Source of the DNA: an uncultured Chloroflexia bacterium | GTDB lineage: Bacteria > Chloroflexota > Limnocylindria > Limnocylindrales > CSP1-4 | Length of the DNA: 64,000 bases | Direction of reading: 5' to 3' | Assembly (NCBI GenBank): GCA_963796715.1 | Contig: CAWCMN010000005.1 | Coordinates: 10,199 to 74,198 of the forward strand | Shown here: positions 39,654 to 48,760 of the stretch, piece after piece | Numbering within the stretch: position 1 is the first letter of the stretch | Layout: every line of letters begins with the position of its first letter | The notes under the pieces: generated by a model | Seen by the model: only the letters and a program-made list of their open reading frames with translations | What the model was told of the DNA's origin: nothing | Databases searched by the model: none | Translations under genes and position numbers: made by a program

Positions 39654-40951
39654 GCGCCGACGCGACCGCTTCCCTCGACCAGGTCCGGTCGGATCCGCCC
39701 GCGCCCCGGCCGGCGGCGGTGGTCGGCCCGCGCCTCCTCCAGCCGCTGCGTGAGCACGACTTCCGCCTGCTGTGGCTGGGCGAATCGATCTCCTCGCTCG
39801 GCGACCAGTTCCAGTTCGTGGCCATGGCCTGGCTGGTGCTGGGCCTGACTGGCTCGGGCCTGGCCCTTGGCGGCGTGCTCGCGGCCGCGTCGATCCCGCG
39901 GGCCGCGCTGATGCTGGTCGGCGGCGCCGCCAGCGATCGCATCTCGCCGCGCACGATCCTGCTGCTGTCGAACGGGTCGCGCGCGATCTTCGTCGGGCTG
40001 CTCGCGGTCCTCGTGCTGACCGGGACGATCCAGCTCGTCGAGGTCTACGTGCTGGCGATCCTCTTCGGCATCAGCGATGCCTTCTTCTTCCCGGCCGCGG
40101 GCTCCCTCCTGCCCCGGCTGGTGGAGGACCAGAGCCGGTTGCCATCGGCCAACGCCCTGTACCAGAGCACGGCGCAGTTGATGGGCCTGATCGGCCCGCC
40201 GCTCGCCGGCCTCGTCGTCGCGCTGGTCCAGACCGGCCCCGCCTTCGCCGTCAACTCGCTCTCGTTCCTCGTCGCCACGACGACCCTGCTGGTCATCCGC
40301 TGGCGGATGCCGCGCGCCGGTACGACGGTGGGGAAGGCGAAGGCCGGGGAGAGCATCATCGGCAGCATCCGGGCCGGGATCGCCTACGTCTGGCGGGACG
40401 AGGCCCTGCGCCTGCTGCTGATCATGGTGGCGGCCATCAACTTCGCCTTTGCCGGCCCGGAGGCCGTGGGTCTCGCCTGGCTCTCGGCCAACCGATGGGC
40501 TGCCGGCCCCATCGGCTACGGCGCGCTGACGGGCGGCTTCGCCCTGGGGGCGCTGGCCGGTGCCTTGCTGGCCGGCTCGATGAGCCAGCCACGCCATCGC
40601 TCGCGCATCCTCACGGGCGTGGCCATCGCCCTCGGGGTCGGCCTGGGACTGCTGGGCCTCGCGCCTGCGCTCTGGGTAGCGATGGCGGTGACGCTGCCCA
40701 TGGGGGTGTGCGTGGGACTCATCAACGTCCTCCTCATCTCGTGGCTCCAGGTCCGTGTCGAAGAGACGATGCTGGGGCGTGTCATGAGCCTGGTCATGCT
40801 GGCCGGCGTGGGGCTCGCCCCGATCTCGCTGGCCGTGGCCGGACTGCTGATCGATAGCTCTGAAGCGGCGTTGTTCCTGGGGGCCGGTGGGGTCGTGCTC
40901 GCGGCAGCTGCCTTCGGCGTGGTGTCAGGCGCTGCTCGCCACCTCGACTGA
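39650..40951 (+). CDS. MFS transporter (DHA3-like)
   Basis: [23 protein letters not shown], ~12 TM, MLGRVMS. Confidence 0.92.
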   Translation: MSADATASLDQVRSDPPAPRPAAVVGPRLLQPLREHDFRLLWLGESISSLGDQFQFVAMAWLVLGLTGSGLALGGVLAAASIPRAALMLVGGAASDRISPRTILLLSNGSRAIFVGLLAVLVLTGTIQLVEVYVLAILFGISDAFFFPAAGSLLPRLVEDQSRLPSANALYQSTAQLMGLIGPPLAGLVVALVQTGPAFAVNSLSFLVATTTLLVIRWRMPRAGTTVGKAKAGESIIGSIRAGIAYVWRDEALRLLLIMVAAINFAFAGPEAVGLAWLSANRWAAGPIGYGALTGGFALGALAGALLAGSMSQPRHRSRILTGVAIALGVGLGLLGLAPALWVAMAVTLPMGVCVGLINVLLISWLQVRVEETMLGRVMSLVMLAGVGLAPISLAVAGLLIDSSEAALFLGAGGVVLAAAAFGVVSGAARHLD

Positions 40952-41027
40952 CCGGCCCGCTCGACGATCCAGGGGTGATCACCGGGCGTATGCTGGAGCG
41001 ACCATCTCCCGAGGAGGCTCTACTTCC

Positions 41028-41276
41028 ATGCCGTTCGGCCTGCAACCCTGGCACCTGCTGATCCTGCTGGTCGCCGTCATCGTCATCATGGGCCCGAAGC
41101 GCCTCCCCGAGATCGGGCAGGCCCTGGGCAAGACGCTGCGCGGGTTCAAGGACGAGCTCGACGCCCCTCAGCCGCCGACGTCGACGGTCGCGGCCGCGGT
41201 GGCCCCGAGCGAGCCCGTCGCACCCCCCGCCACGACCCCGCCGCCCGCTCCGGTCGCACCGCCCGACCAGCCCTAG
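41028..41276 (+). CDS. tatA: Twin-arginine translocase TatA/E subunit
   Basis: [20 protein letters not shown]; GAGGAGG RBS. Confidence 0.92.
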   Translation: MPFGLQPWHLLILLVAVIVIMGPKRLPEIGQALGKTLRGFKDELDAPQPPTSTVAAAVAPSEPVAPPATTPPPAPVAPPDQP

Positions 41277-41286
41277 CGGGCCCGAC

Positions 41287-41679
41287 GTGGGCGACCACGC
41301 CGGCGATCACCAGCACGCCGACGAACCGGGGACGGGGACCGCCGAGTCGGAGCAAGCGCACGTCCATGGAGCCGGGACGCACGTCCACGGCCCACGCCTC
41401 GAGAACGCCATCCTCGATATCGGCGGCGACGTCGGCGCGCTGATCCTGTACACGGACGCCGGCTATGCCGAGCGGGAGATCGAGGTCAGCCTCGAAGGGG
41501 ACGACGAGCACCGTACCCACACGGCGATCCATGAGCGACGCACGAGCGTCGGAGCCGTCTACGCCGGAATCTTCCGCGAGCTCCGCGCCGGGCGCTACCG
41601 CATCCGGGCCGACCGACCGGGCCTCACGGACCACGTGACGATCGCCGGCGGCGAGGTCGCCGAGGTCGACTGGCGGTAG
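41287..41679 (+). CDS. His-rich hypothetical protein
   Basis: His-rich N-terminus, then ILDIGGDVGALILYT...THTAIHERR. Confidence 0.7.
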   Translation: MGDHAGDHQHADEPGTGTAESEQAHVHGAGTHVHGPRLENAILDIGGDVGALILYTDAGYAEREIEVSLEGDDEHRTHTAIHERRTSVGAVYAGIFRELRAGRYRIRADRPGLTDHVTIAGGEVAEVDWR

Positions 41680-42124
41680 CCGCGGCGCGGTGCCCCGGAC
41701 CGATGCCTGCTCCTCTGACCGATGCCGCCGCCCCTGGTCCGAGGCGCTGGGTTGTCGCTCATTCGCCTGGGGACTCTTATGCGCCCATTCGGGAGCTGCC
41801 GTTGTCGCTGAGTCAGGTGCGGCATACGGCCACGCTCGGCGGACAACGGTCCGTGTGGAACGGCGTCGCTTAAGAGTCTGCTGGCTGACGATCCAACGAC
41901 GTGCAGGGCCGAGCACGCGCAGGCAACGCGCAGACCGAGCACGCGCTGGGCCGAACCGCCGAGGCCGCGGCCGCGAAGGGACCTCCGGCTGACGCACGGA
42001 ACGGCCCGGTGATCGCGAGGACCACCGGGCCGTCCGGGTGAGGCGACCGGCCGGGCGAGGAGGGCGGAGCAGGCTCGACCGGTCGTGCGATATGGCGGCC
42101 GCATCGGGTGCGGCCGGGTGGGCC

Positions 42125-42856
42125 CTAGCTGGACGGGTTGTCGAACCCGTCGAGCGGCAGGCCAAGGTACGGGAACGTCGCCTGGTAGCGCGACGGGCTG
42201 GGGGTCAGGCCCTGCGTGACCAGGCCGGCCGCGCCGTCGGGCGTGAACGTCGGATCGACCAGCGGGATGGTCAGGCCGGCGACGGCCCGGATCTCGATGG
42301 TCACCACGTCGTCCTTGACGCGGCGGCCGTTGGGGAAGCCGGCAAGATCGCCGCCCAGGATGCCGAGGGGGCTCGGCGAGCTTGACGGCGGGATGGCCAT
42401 GTTGAGGCGGAGGAGGTCGGCCGCGGTGCTGCCGGTCGAGTTCTGGAAGCCCGGGACGATGCCACCGGGGATGCCGGTGAGCAGGATCGCCTCCAGGTCG
42501 ACGCGGTCCTTGGTGTAGGCCGCCAGCTTGGGGAAGACGCCCGGGTACAGGACCGGCAGGAGGCCGGCCAGCTCGGGATGGGCATAGGAGGCCAGGAACT
42601 GGCTGTCATGGTGCGGCCGCTGGCCGTTCCAGTAGTCCATGACCGAGACCTCGCCGGTGGACGCGTCGCGCAGGTGGGCGACGACGTCGGTGCCGAGGGG
42701 GGTCAGGTCGGGCGCGTCGGCGGGCGTGGCGCGGCCGACACCGGCGAGCAGTCGGGGGACAGCCGCGGCCGCACCGATGCCGCTGGCGGCGGCGGCGGCG
42801 CCTGCGACGCCGAGGGCCGTGCCGGCGATGAACCGGCGGCGAGAGAGTTCAGCCAT
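42125..42856 (-). CDS. Chimeric ORF: Tat-signal small-protein N-terminus fused to DUF4331-like C-terminal fragment
   Basis: MAELSRRRFIAG Tat motif; VVAHLRDASTGEVSVM joins DYWNGQ...LLRLN...GFPNGRRVKDDVVTIE...FPYL. Confidence 0.65.
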   Translation of the reverse strand: MAELSRRRFIAGTALGVAGAAAAASGIGAAAAVPRLLAGVGRATPADAPDLTPLGTDVVAHLRDASTGEVSVMDYWNGQRPHHDSQFLASYAHPELAGLLPVLYPGVFPKLAAYTKDRVDLEAILLTGIPGGIVPGFQNSTGSTAADLLRLNMAIPPSSSPSPLGILGGDLAGFPNGRRVKDDVVTIEIRAVAGLTIPLVDPTFTPDGAAGLVTQGLTPSPSRYQATFPYLGLPLDGFDNPSS

Positions 42857-43135
42857 GGGAGACCCTTTCTCCACACTGGGGATGGGGAGGGCGGAGACGC
42901 GGAGGAAGCTGGACTCGGGAAGGTCATCGCACCTCGTCAACGGGGACGCGGTCACGGCGCTCGCGGCGGGACGGGTCCGCCGGGTTGTACGCGGCCCGGC
43001 GCCCGGTGGATGAAAGGGCCCTGACACGGAGCACGGCCGGGGCGTCACGCGTACCGGTTGACGGTCCGCGGCATGCTCCCTACGATGCCCCGACGCCCCG
43101 GTCGCAAGGGGTGGACCTGAGGAGAGAAGAACGCG

Positions 43136-44098
43136 ATGGCTCGCTCGATGTGGCGCGGCGCGGTCCAGTTCGGGCTCGTGACCATCCCCGTCAAGCTCTA
43201 CCTGGCCACGGAGTCGAACGCCGGGCTGAGCTTCAACCTGCTCCACAAGACGTGCCTGACGCGCGTCCAGATGCGGACCTGGTGCCCGTTCCACGAGGAG
43301 TACATCAGCCGCGCCGACACCGTTCGCGGCTTCGAGTACGCCAAGGGCCAGTACGTCGTGATCGACGATGCCGACCTGGAGAACGTGCCCCTCAAGACCG
43401 TCCGCTCCATCGAGATCGAGACGTTCGTGCCGGCCCGCCGCGACGGCGAGACGGCCAAGTTCGTGAAGTCGGCCTACTACCTGGAGCCCGAGGCGGTCGG
43501 GCGCAAGGCCTTCTACCTGCTCCAGGACGTGCTCCGCGAGGATGGCCTGAGCGCCATCTGCAAGATCGTCATCAAGGATCGCGAAGCGCTGGCGGCGATC
43601 GACCCGTACCAGCGGACGATGCTGCTCTCGACGCTCTACTGGCCCGACGAGGTCCGCTCCGTGGAGGAGCTGGACCTGCCCGACGAGCAGCAGACGTTCA
43701 AGCCGGCCGAGGTCGCGATGGCCCGCAACCTCGTGGCCGCCATGACCACCGAGTTCGATCCCGCGCAGTACCACGACGAGTACCGCGCCGCGCTCCAGAA
43801 GGTGATCGAGGCCAAGGTCGCGGGCGAAGAGGTCGAGCGACCGGCCGAAGCGCCAAAGGCGGCCGGCAAGCTCGTCGACCTGATGAGCGTCCTGGAGGCC
43901 AGCGTCGCGGCGGCCCGCGCGACGCGCACCGAGGCGAAGCCCGAGCCCGAGTCGCGCGCCAGGGCGTCGGCGAAGGCCGCGGCGCCCGCCAAGGCCTCGT
44001 CCGCTAAGACGGCTGCCGCGCGGCGCAAGGCTCAGGCGGCGGCCGCGGAGGCGGAAGAGGAAGCAGCGGCTCCGGTGCGGCGGCGCAAGTCCGCCTGA
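43136..44098 (+). CDS. ku: NHEJ DNA end-binding protein Ku
   Basis: RSMWRGAVQFGLVTIPVKLY, RGFEYAKGQYV, SAYYLEP, TLYWPDEVR, DEYRAAL; basic C-terminal tail. Confidence 0.96.
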   Translation: MARSMWRGAVQFGLVTIPVKLYLATESNAGLSFNLLHKTCLTRVQMRTWCPFHEEYISRADTVRGFEYAKGQYVVIDDADLENVPLKTVRSIEIETFVPARRDGETAKFVKSAYYLEPEAVGRKAFYLLQDVLREDGLSAICKIVIKDREALAAIDPYQRTMLLSTLYWPDEVRSVEELDLPDEQQTFKPAEVAMARNLVAAMTTEFDPAQYHDEYRAALQKVIEAKVAGEEVERPAEAPKAAGKLVDLMSVLEASVAAARATRTEAKPEPESRARASAKAAAPAKASSAKTAAARRKAQAAAAEAEEEAAAPVRRRKSA

Positions 44099-44114
44099 CG
44101 CCGCGGCGCACGGG

Positions 44115-44873
44115 GTGGCCGAGCTGGACCAGCCGCCTCGGCCGTTGGCCGAAACGGATCAGCTGACCCTCAGCCTGGGGGACGGCGAGCCCGTCGTCCC
44201 GGCCGATGCCGCGGCGCAACGACCCCGCTCGACGGGCAAGCCGCGCCGGTTCCGCCCGATGGAACCGCTGATCGGCGACGGCCCCTTCGACGACCCGGCC
44301 TACAGGTTCGAGCCGTGGTGGCCGGGCACCCGCATCCTCGTCGGGGTGGCCGACGGGGTGGTGCGCCTCGACGCTCGCCACCTGGCGGATCCGCTGACCG
44401 CGTTCCCCGAGCTGCGGGACATCGCGGGGCTGCTGCCGTCGCCCGGACCGCACGTGCTGGATGGGGCGCTGCTCGTGCTCGACGGCGACGGCCGGCCCGA
44501 CAGCGATCTGCTCCGGGAGCGGCTCTCGTGGCCCGAGGTGCGGGACGGGACGCCGGCCTTCGTCGCCAGCGACCTGCTGGTGGCAGGAGGCGTGGACGTG
44601 ACCGGCCTCCCGTTCCGGGCGCGGCTGGAGCGGCTCACCGGGCTGCTGAGCGAGGCCGACTGGTGCATGGTCGCGCGCGGCTACGAGGGCGACGGGATGG
44701 CAGTCGCGGCCGCGCTCGAGTCGATGGGCCTGACGGCGATGTCGGCCAGGCACCTCGAGTCGCGCTACCACCCCGGGCCGTCGCGCGGCGCGTGGCTGCG
44801 GCTGCCGCTGCGGCCGGCTGCCCCGCCGACGCGGCCGCCGTCACTGGCGCTCATCCAGCGGCTGGGCCTGTGA
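44115..44873 (+). CDS. ATP-dependent ligase-like adenylation domain, catalytically degenerate
   Basis: RPMEP, FEPWWPG in place of ExKxDG, VLDGAL, FVASDLL, Y.PG.SR.AWLR; no OB domain. Confidence 0.7.
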   Translation: MAELDQPPRPLAETDQLTLSLGDGEPVVPADAAAQRPRSTGKPRRFRPMEPLIGDGPFDDPAYRFEPWWPGTRILVGVADGVVRLDARHLADPLTAFPELRDIAGLLPSPGPHVLDGALLVLDGDGRPDSDLLRERLSWPEVRDGTPAFVASDLLVAGGVDVTGLPFRARLERLTGLLSEADWCMVARGYEGDGMAVAAALESMGLTAMSARHLESRYHPGPSRGAWLRLPLRPAAPPTRPPSLALIQRLGL

Positions 44874-46182
44874 CCCTCCCCGGCGCGGGGACGACCCGGA
44901 GCTCGGCGTCCGCCTCGGTGACGCGGGCCAGGACGGCGTCCCGCAGGTGGTCCAGGGCGCCCTGGATCTCGCGCGTCGTCGTCGAGATCGAGGTCAGCGA
45001 TGCCTTCATGCGGCGGACCGCCTCGAGCTCCTGGCGGACACCGGTGAGTGCGACACGGATGGCCTCGGCGTCGACCTCCACTGGCCGGTCGCGCAGCGTG
45101 GCGAGCGCCAGCAAGCGGGCCAGCCGCAGGGCCGCCTCCAGCGTGGCGCGGTCGGGTGCCTCCGGATCGAGGACGCAGTAGACGTCGCCGGCGCGCACGT
45201 CGAACGGCGCGATCCCGGTCGGCGCGTGGGCCGGCGTGAACACCACGAGGGCGACCGCCGCATCACGGTTGGTCCGCGCTTCGCGCAACTCGTCGCGCAT
45301 GGCGCGGCCGGAGATGGCCCGGTCCTTGGCCTCGACGACCACGCGAATGTCGGCGCCCCCGGTCACCTCGGGATCGAGCGTGAGCACGAAGTCACCTTTC
45401 TTCGAGGCGATCGTGGCGCCGGACTCCAGGCCGGTGCGGTCGAGCAGGTCGCCGCAGCCGCGAGCGATGTCACCCAGGAAGTCGGCCACGAGCGCTTCGA
45501 AGTCGGCGCCCTTGGCGGCCGATCGAGCCCGTTCGGCACCACGGGCCGCGGCGGCCGCTTCGATGGCCGTCAGGCGGTCGTTCAGCTGCGTGAACCCTTC
45601 GCTGACCTCCTTGCGGAACTGGTGCAGCGGCGAGTTGAGGCGCGTCGGGTCGAGCAGCAGGGCGAGGCGTGACGCATCGCCGTCGAAGTACGTGCCCAGC
45701 AGCTCGCGCATGCGACCGATGGCGCTGTCGCGGCGCGTCTCATCGAAGAGGTCGTTGACGAACGTGCGGAGGGCGCCGCGATCGCCGAGGAACTTCTCCA
45801 GGGTGCGCGGCAAGCGCCCGTCGCCGTCGGCGAAGTTGAGGCGCAACGCGTCCTCCAGGGCGCGGCCGGCCTGCTCGTTGGCGACCTGGGTGCGCGCCAG
45901 CAGGGCATCGAACTCGCGACGCACGACGTCCACGTTGACCGACACGCCGGCGTCCTGGAGCGCCATCAGGCCGATGCGCACGGCGCGCTCGACGATCCCG
46001 GGGCGCTCCTCGGCCGGGCGACCGGCCAGGAACGCGGCTGCCCCGCCGTCGATCAGCAGCAGGTCGCGGATCCGGACCCGGTCCCCGTCGATCGAGATGT
46101 CGGCGGGACGATCGCCGGGCGCCGGGCGGCGGCCCGGCAGGACGGAGACGGGCGGCAGATCGAGCAGCGCGGCGGCTTCCAT
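44851..46182 (-). CDS. Coiled-coil protein with PD-(D/E)xK-like C-terminal domain (DUF2130/RmuC-like)
   Basis: KGADFE...KKGDFVL...VVVEAKD after a long helical region. Confidence 0.62.
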   Translation of the reverse strand: MEAAALLDLPPVSVLPGRRPAPGDRPADISIDGDRVRIRDLLLIDGGAAAFLAGRPAEERPGIVERAVRIGLMALQDAGVSVNVDVVRREFDALLARTQVANEQAGRALEDALRLNFADGDGRLPRTLEKFLGDRGALRTFVNDLFDETRRDSAIGRMRELLGTYFDGDASRLALLLDPTRLNSPLHQFRKEVSEGFTQLNDRLTAIEAAAAARGAERARSAAKGADFEALVADFLGDIARGCGDLLDRTGLESGATIASKKGDFVLTLDPEVTGGADIRVVVEAKDRAISGRAMRDELREARTNRDAAVALVVFTPAHAPTGIAPFDVRAGDVYCVLDPEAPDRATLEAALRLARLLALATLRDRPVEVDAEAIRVALTGVRQELEAVRRMKASLTSISTTTREIQGALDHLRDAVLARVTEADAELRVVPAPGRVTGPAAG

Positions 46183-46196
46183 GGGACGTGCCTCCG

Positions 46197-46358
46197 TCAG
46201 GAAGGGTCCAGGGATCGACGGTCGGCCAGCGAGCCGGCCACGGCGGCCGCCAGGGCGACCAGGGACGGCAGCACCAGGAGACGCAGGTCGAGCGTGACCG
46301 CGAGGAAGAGGTAGCAGGCGACGACGGCGCAGATCGCGACGTCCTTGGTCGTTTCCAT
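46197..46358 (-). CDS. Possible small membrane protein (53 aa)
   Basis: METTKDVAICAVVACYLFLAV...; two hydrophobic stretches, co-oriented with the next gene. Confidence 0.4.
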   Translation of the reverse strand: METTKDVAICAVVACYLFLAVTLDLRLLVLPSLVALAAAVAGSLADRRSLDPS

Positions 46359-46458
46359 GGGCGCATCGTCATGTGCCGCAGTGCCACCTTGGATGGCACG
46401 ATGGATGACCCGCCGGAAGTCCCGTCGACGCCGCCCTGTCAGGACGAGCGAAGGTAGG

Positions 46459-47148
46459 ATGGCGTACATGCTCCGGACTCGCGGGGGGCGCGCCGTGCCG
46501 GCGTGGCGGTCGAACATCCTCGTGCGCCTTGTCCTGGCGCTCGGGATCGTCGGCGCCTGCTCCGGCGCTCCGGACGGCACGACCGGGAGCCCGACGGGCA
46601 CCCCTGGCGCGGCATCCCCGACGGCGACGGCCCCGACGGCTTCGGGGTCGCCGGCCGCATCCGCCACCTCGACCCCGACGCCAGGCCCGACGCCCAAGCC
46701 CACCCCCATGCCGCCCCTGGCCCTCGCGTCCTCGGCGTTCTCGAATGGCGGCGCCATCCCCGCCCGCTACACCTGCGGCGGCGCGGACGTGTCGCCGCCC
46801 CTGGCCTGGAGCCACGCACCCCACGGCACGGTCGCGTTCGCCCTGGTCGTCGTGGACACCGACGCGAGCGGGTACGTGCACTGGGTCGTGTCGGACATCC
46901 CGGGCGACCTGTCAGCCCTCACCGCCGGGCAGCGGGCCGGCGTGGCCGGGCGCAACAGCAACGGCGGCGCCGGGTATTACGGGCCGTGTCCGCCGCCTGG
47001 ATCGGGCGTGCACCACTACGTGTTCACCCTGTACGCGCTGTCGCATCGCCTCGGTTTGGGCGGCGTGCCGACTGCGGCCCAGGTCCGTGCTGCCGCCGCC
47101 AAGGTGACGCTGGCGACGGCCCACACCACCGGGACCTACCGGCGGTAG
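46459..47148 (+). CDS. YbhB/YbcL (PEBP/RKIP-like) lipoprotein
   Basis: Lipobox GAC, Pro/Thr linker, SPPLAW, D.D...YVHWVV, YYGPCPPPG..HHYVFTLYAL. Confidence 0.9.
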   Translation: MAYMLRTRGGRAVPAWRSNILVRLVLALGIVGACSGAPDGTTGSPTGTPGAASPTATAPTASGSPAASATSTPTPGPTPKPTPMPPLALASSAFSNGGAIPARYTCGGADVSPPLAWSHAPHGTVAFALVVVDTDASGYVHWVVSDIPGDLSALTAGQRAGVAGRNSNGGAGYYGPCPPPGSGVHHYVFTLYALSHRLGLGGVPTAAQVRAAAAKVTLATAHTTGTYRR

Positions 47149-47387
47149 CCACGGCGCACCCGTCGCGAGGCCGCGCCCAACGGTCCCCGCGCACGGTGAA
47201 CCTGTGATGTTCGCAGCGAGGACGATGGCAAAGCTCGTTGGCCGACCTGGACACCACGGGTTCGATTGGGCGAAGGAGCGTTCGAGATCGCCCCGCTCCG
47301 CACCTCCCGGAGTGCCTCCTTCGCCGTTGCCAACACCGGAGGTTCAGGGGGGCCCTGGCTAGCGAATAGCGCCCCCCACCTGCCCCT

Positions 47388-48758
47388 TCACAGCACCTTG
47401 CCCGGGTTGAGGATGCCGAGCGGATCCAGGGCGGTCTTCAGCGCGCGCATCACACGCATCGCATCGGGGCCGGTCTGGGCCTCCAGGTAGGCTCGCTTGG
47501 CGACGCCCGTGCCGTGCTCGCCGGTGATCGTGCCCCCGAGGGCCATCGCGGCCTCGTAGATGCGGGCGCGGGCGGCGTTGATCCGCGCTTCCGCGGTCGG
47601 GTCGTCACGGTCGACCACGAACGTGGGGTGGAGGTTGCCGTCCCCGGCATGGCCGAAGACGCCCACCGGCAAGCCGGCCTCGGAGCTGATGGCCTCGATG
47701 GCATCGAGGAGCTCGGGCACGCGACTGCGCGGCACGCCGACGTCGTCCATCCGCGCCACGCCGGCCTGCTCGAGCGACCAGTGGGCCTTGCGGCGCGCCT
47801 CGCGCAGCCAGTCGGCCTCGGTCGGGTCCGCGGCGCGGGCGGTCGAGGTGGCCCCCGCCGCGAGGCAGGCCGCCTCCGCCCGGTCCAGCTCGTCGGCCGC
47901 CGCCACACCGGCGTCGGACTCGATCATGAGCATCGCGCCGGCGTCCTCGGGCAGGCCGACACGCATGGCCGCATCAACGGCGCGGATCGTGAAGCGGTCC
48001 ATCAACTCGAGCGTCACCGGCACGAGGCCGGCCGCCGTGATCCCGGCCACCGCGCGGCCCGCGTCGTGGACCGTGCCGAAGAACGCCAGCAGGGTCAGCT
48101 TGGGCGGCGGGGCCGGGTGCAGACGGAGCGTCGCCTCGGTGATAAGGCCGAGCGTCCCCTCCGAGCCGATGAAGAGCTGCGTCAGGTCGTAGCCGGCGAC
48201 GTCCTTGATCGTCTTGCCGCCGGTGCGGATGATCGTGCCGTCGGCAAGGACGACCTCCAGCCCCAGCACGGCGTCGCGCGTCACACCGTACTTGAGGCAG
48301 CGCAGGCCGCCGGAGTCCTCGGCCAGGTTGCCGCCGATCGTGCAGGTCTCGAAGCTCGCCGGGTCGGGCGCGTAGAAGAGGCCGACCGCCGCGGCCGCCC
48401 GCCCCAGGTCGGCATTGATGACCCCCGGCTGGACGACCGCCACCAGGTTGGCCTGGTCGATCTCCAGGATGGCCGCCATGCCCGTCATGACGACGGTCAG
48501 CGCGCCCTCGACCCCGGTGGCCCCGCCCGACAGGCCGGTGCCCGCCCCGCGCGGCACGAGCGCCACGCCGTGGGCCGCGGCCAACCGCACGATCGTCGCC
48601 ACCTCGGCGGTCGAACGGGGGAACGCCACACCCAGCGGCACGCCGGGGTGGAGGTACTCGGTCTCGTCGTAGCGGTACGCCTCCACCTCGGCGGCCACCG
48701 TGAGGACCCGCAACTCGGGCAGCGCCGCTCGAAGGGCCTCGAGGAAGTCGGCGCCCAT
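47388..48758 (-). CDS. FAD-linked oxidase (GlcD/D-lactate dehydrogenase family)
   Basis: PRGAGTGLSGG, PDPAS...TIGGN, GSEGTLG, GHAGDGNLHP, GEHGTG, DPLGILNPGK. Confidence 0.93.
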   Translation of the reverse strand: MGADFLEALRAALPELRVLTVAAEVEAYRYDETEYLHPGVPLGVAFPRSTAEVATIVRLAAAHGVALVPRGAGTGLSGGATGVEGALTVVMTGMAAILEIDQANLVAVVQPGVINADLGRAAAAVGLFYAPDPASFETCTIGGNLAEDSGGLRCLKYGVTRDAVLGLEVVLADGTIIRTGGKTIKDVAGYDLTQLFIGSEGTLGLITEATLRLHPAPPPKLTLLAFFGTVHDAGRAVAGITAAGLVPVTLELMDRFTIRAVDAAMRVGLPEDAGAMLMIESDAGVAAADELDRAEAACLAAGATSTARAADPTEADWLREARRKAHWSLEQAGVARMDDVGVPRSRVPELLDAIEAISSEAGLPVGVFGHAGDGNLHPTFVVDRDDPTAEARINAARARIYEAAMALGGTITGEHGTGVAKRAYLEAQTGPDAMRVMRALKTALDPLGILNPGKVL

Positions 48759-48760
48759 CG

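Noticed and set aside
42125-43774. 549-aa ORF as one protein
   Set aside because: The region above 42856 is antisense to ku; a Tat signal with its own ATG begins at 42856.
47255-47270. GGGTTCGATT as a tRNA T-loop
   Set aside because: No D arm, anticodon arm or acceptor stem can be built around it.
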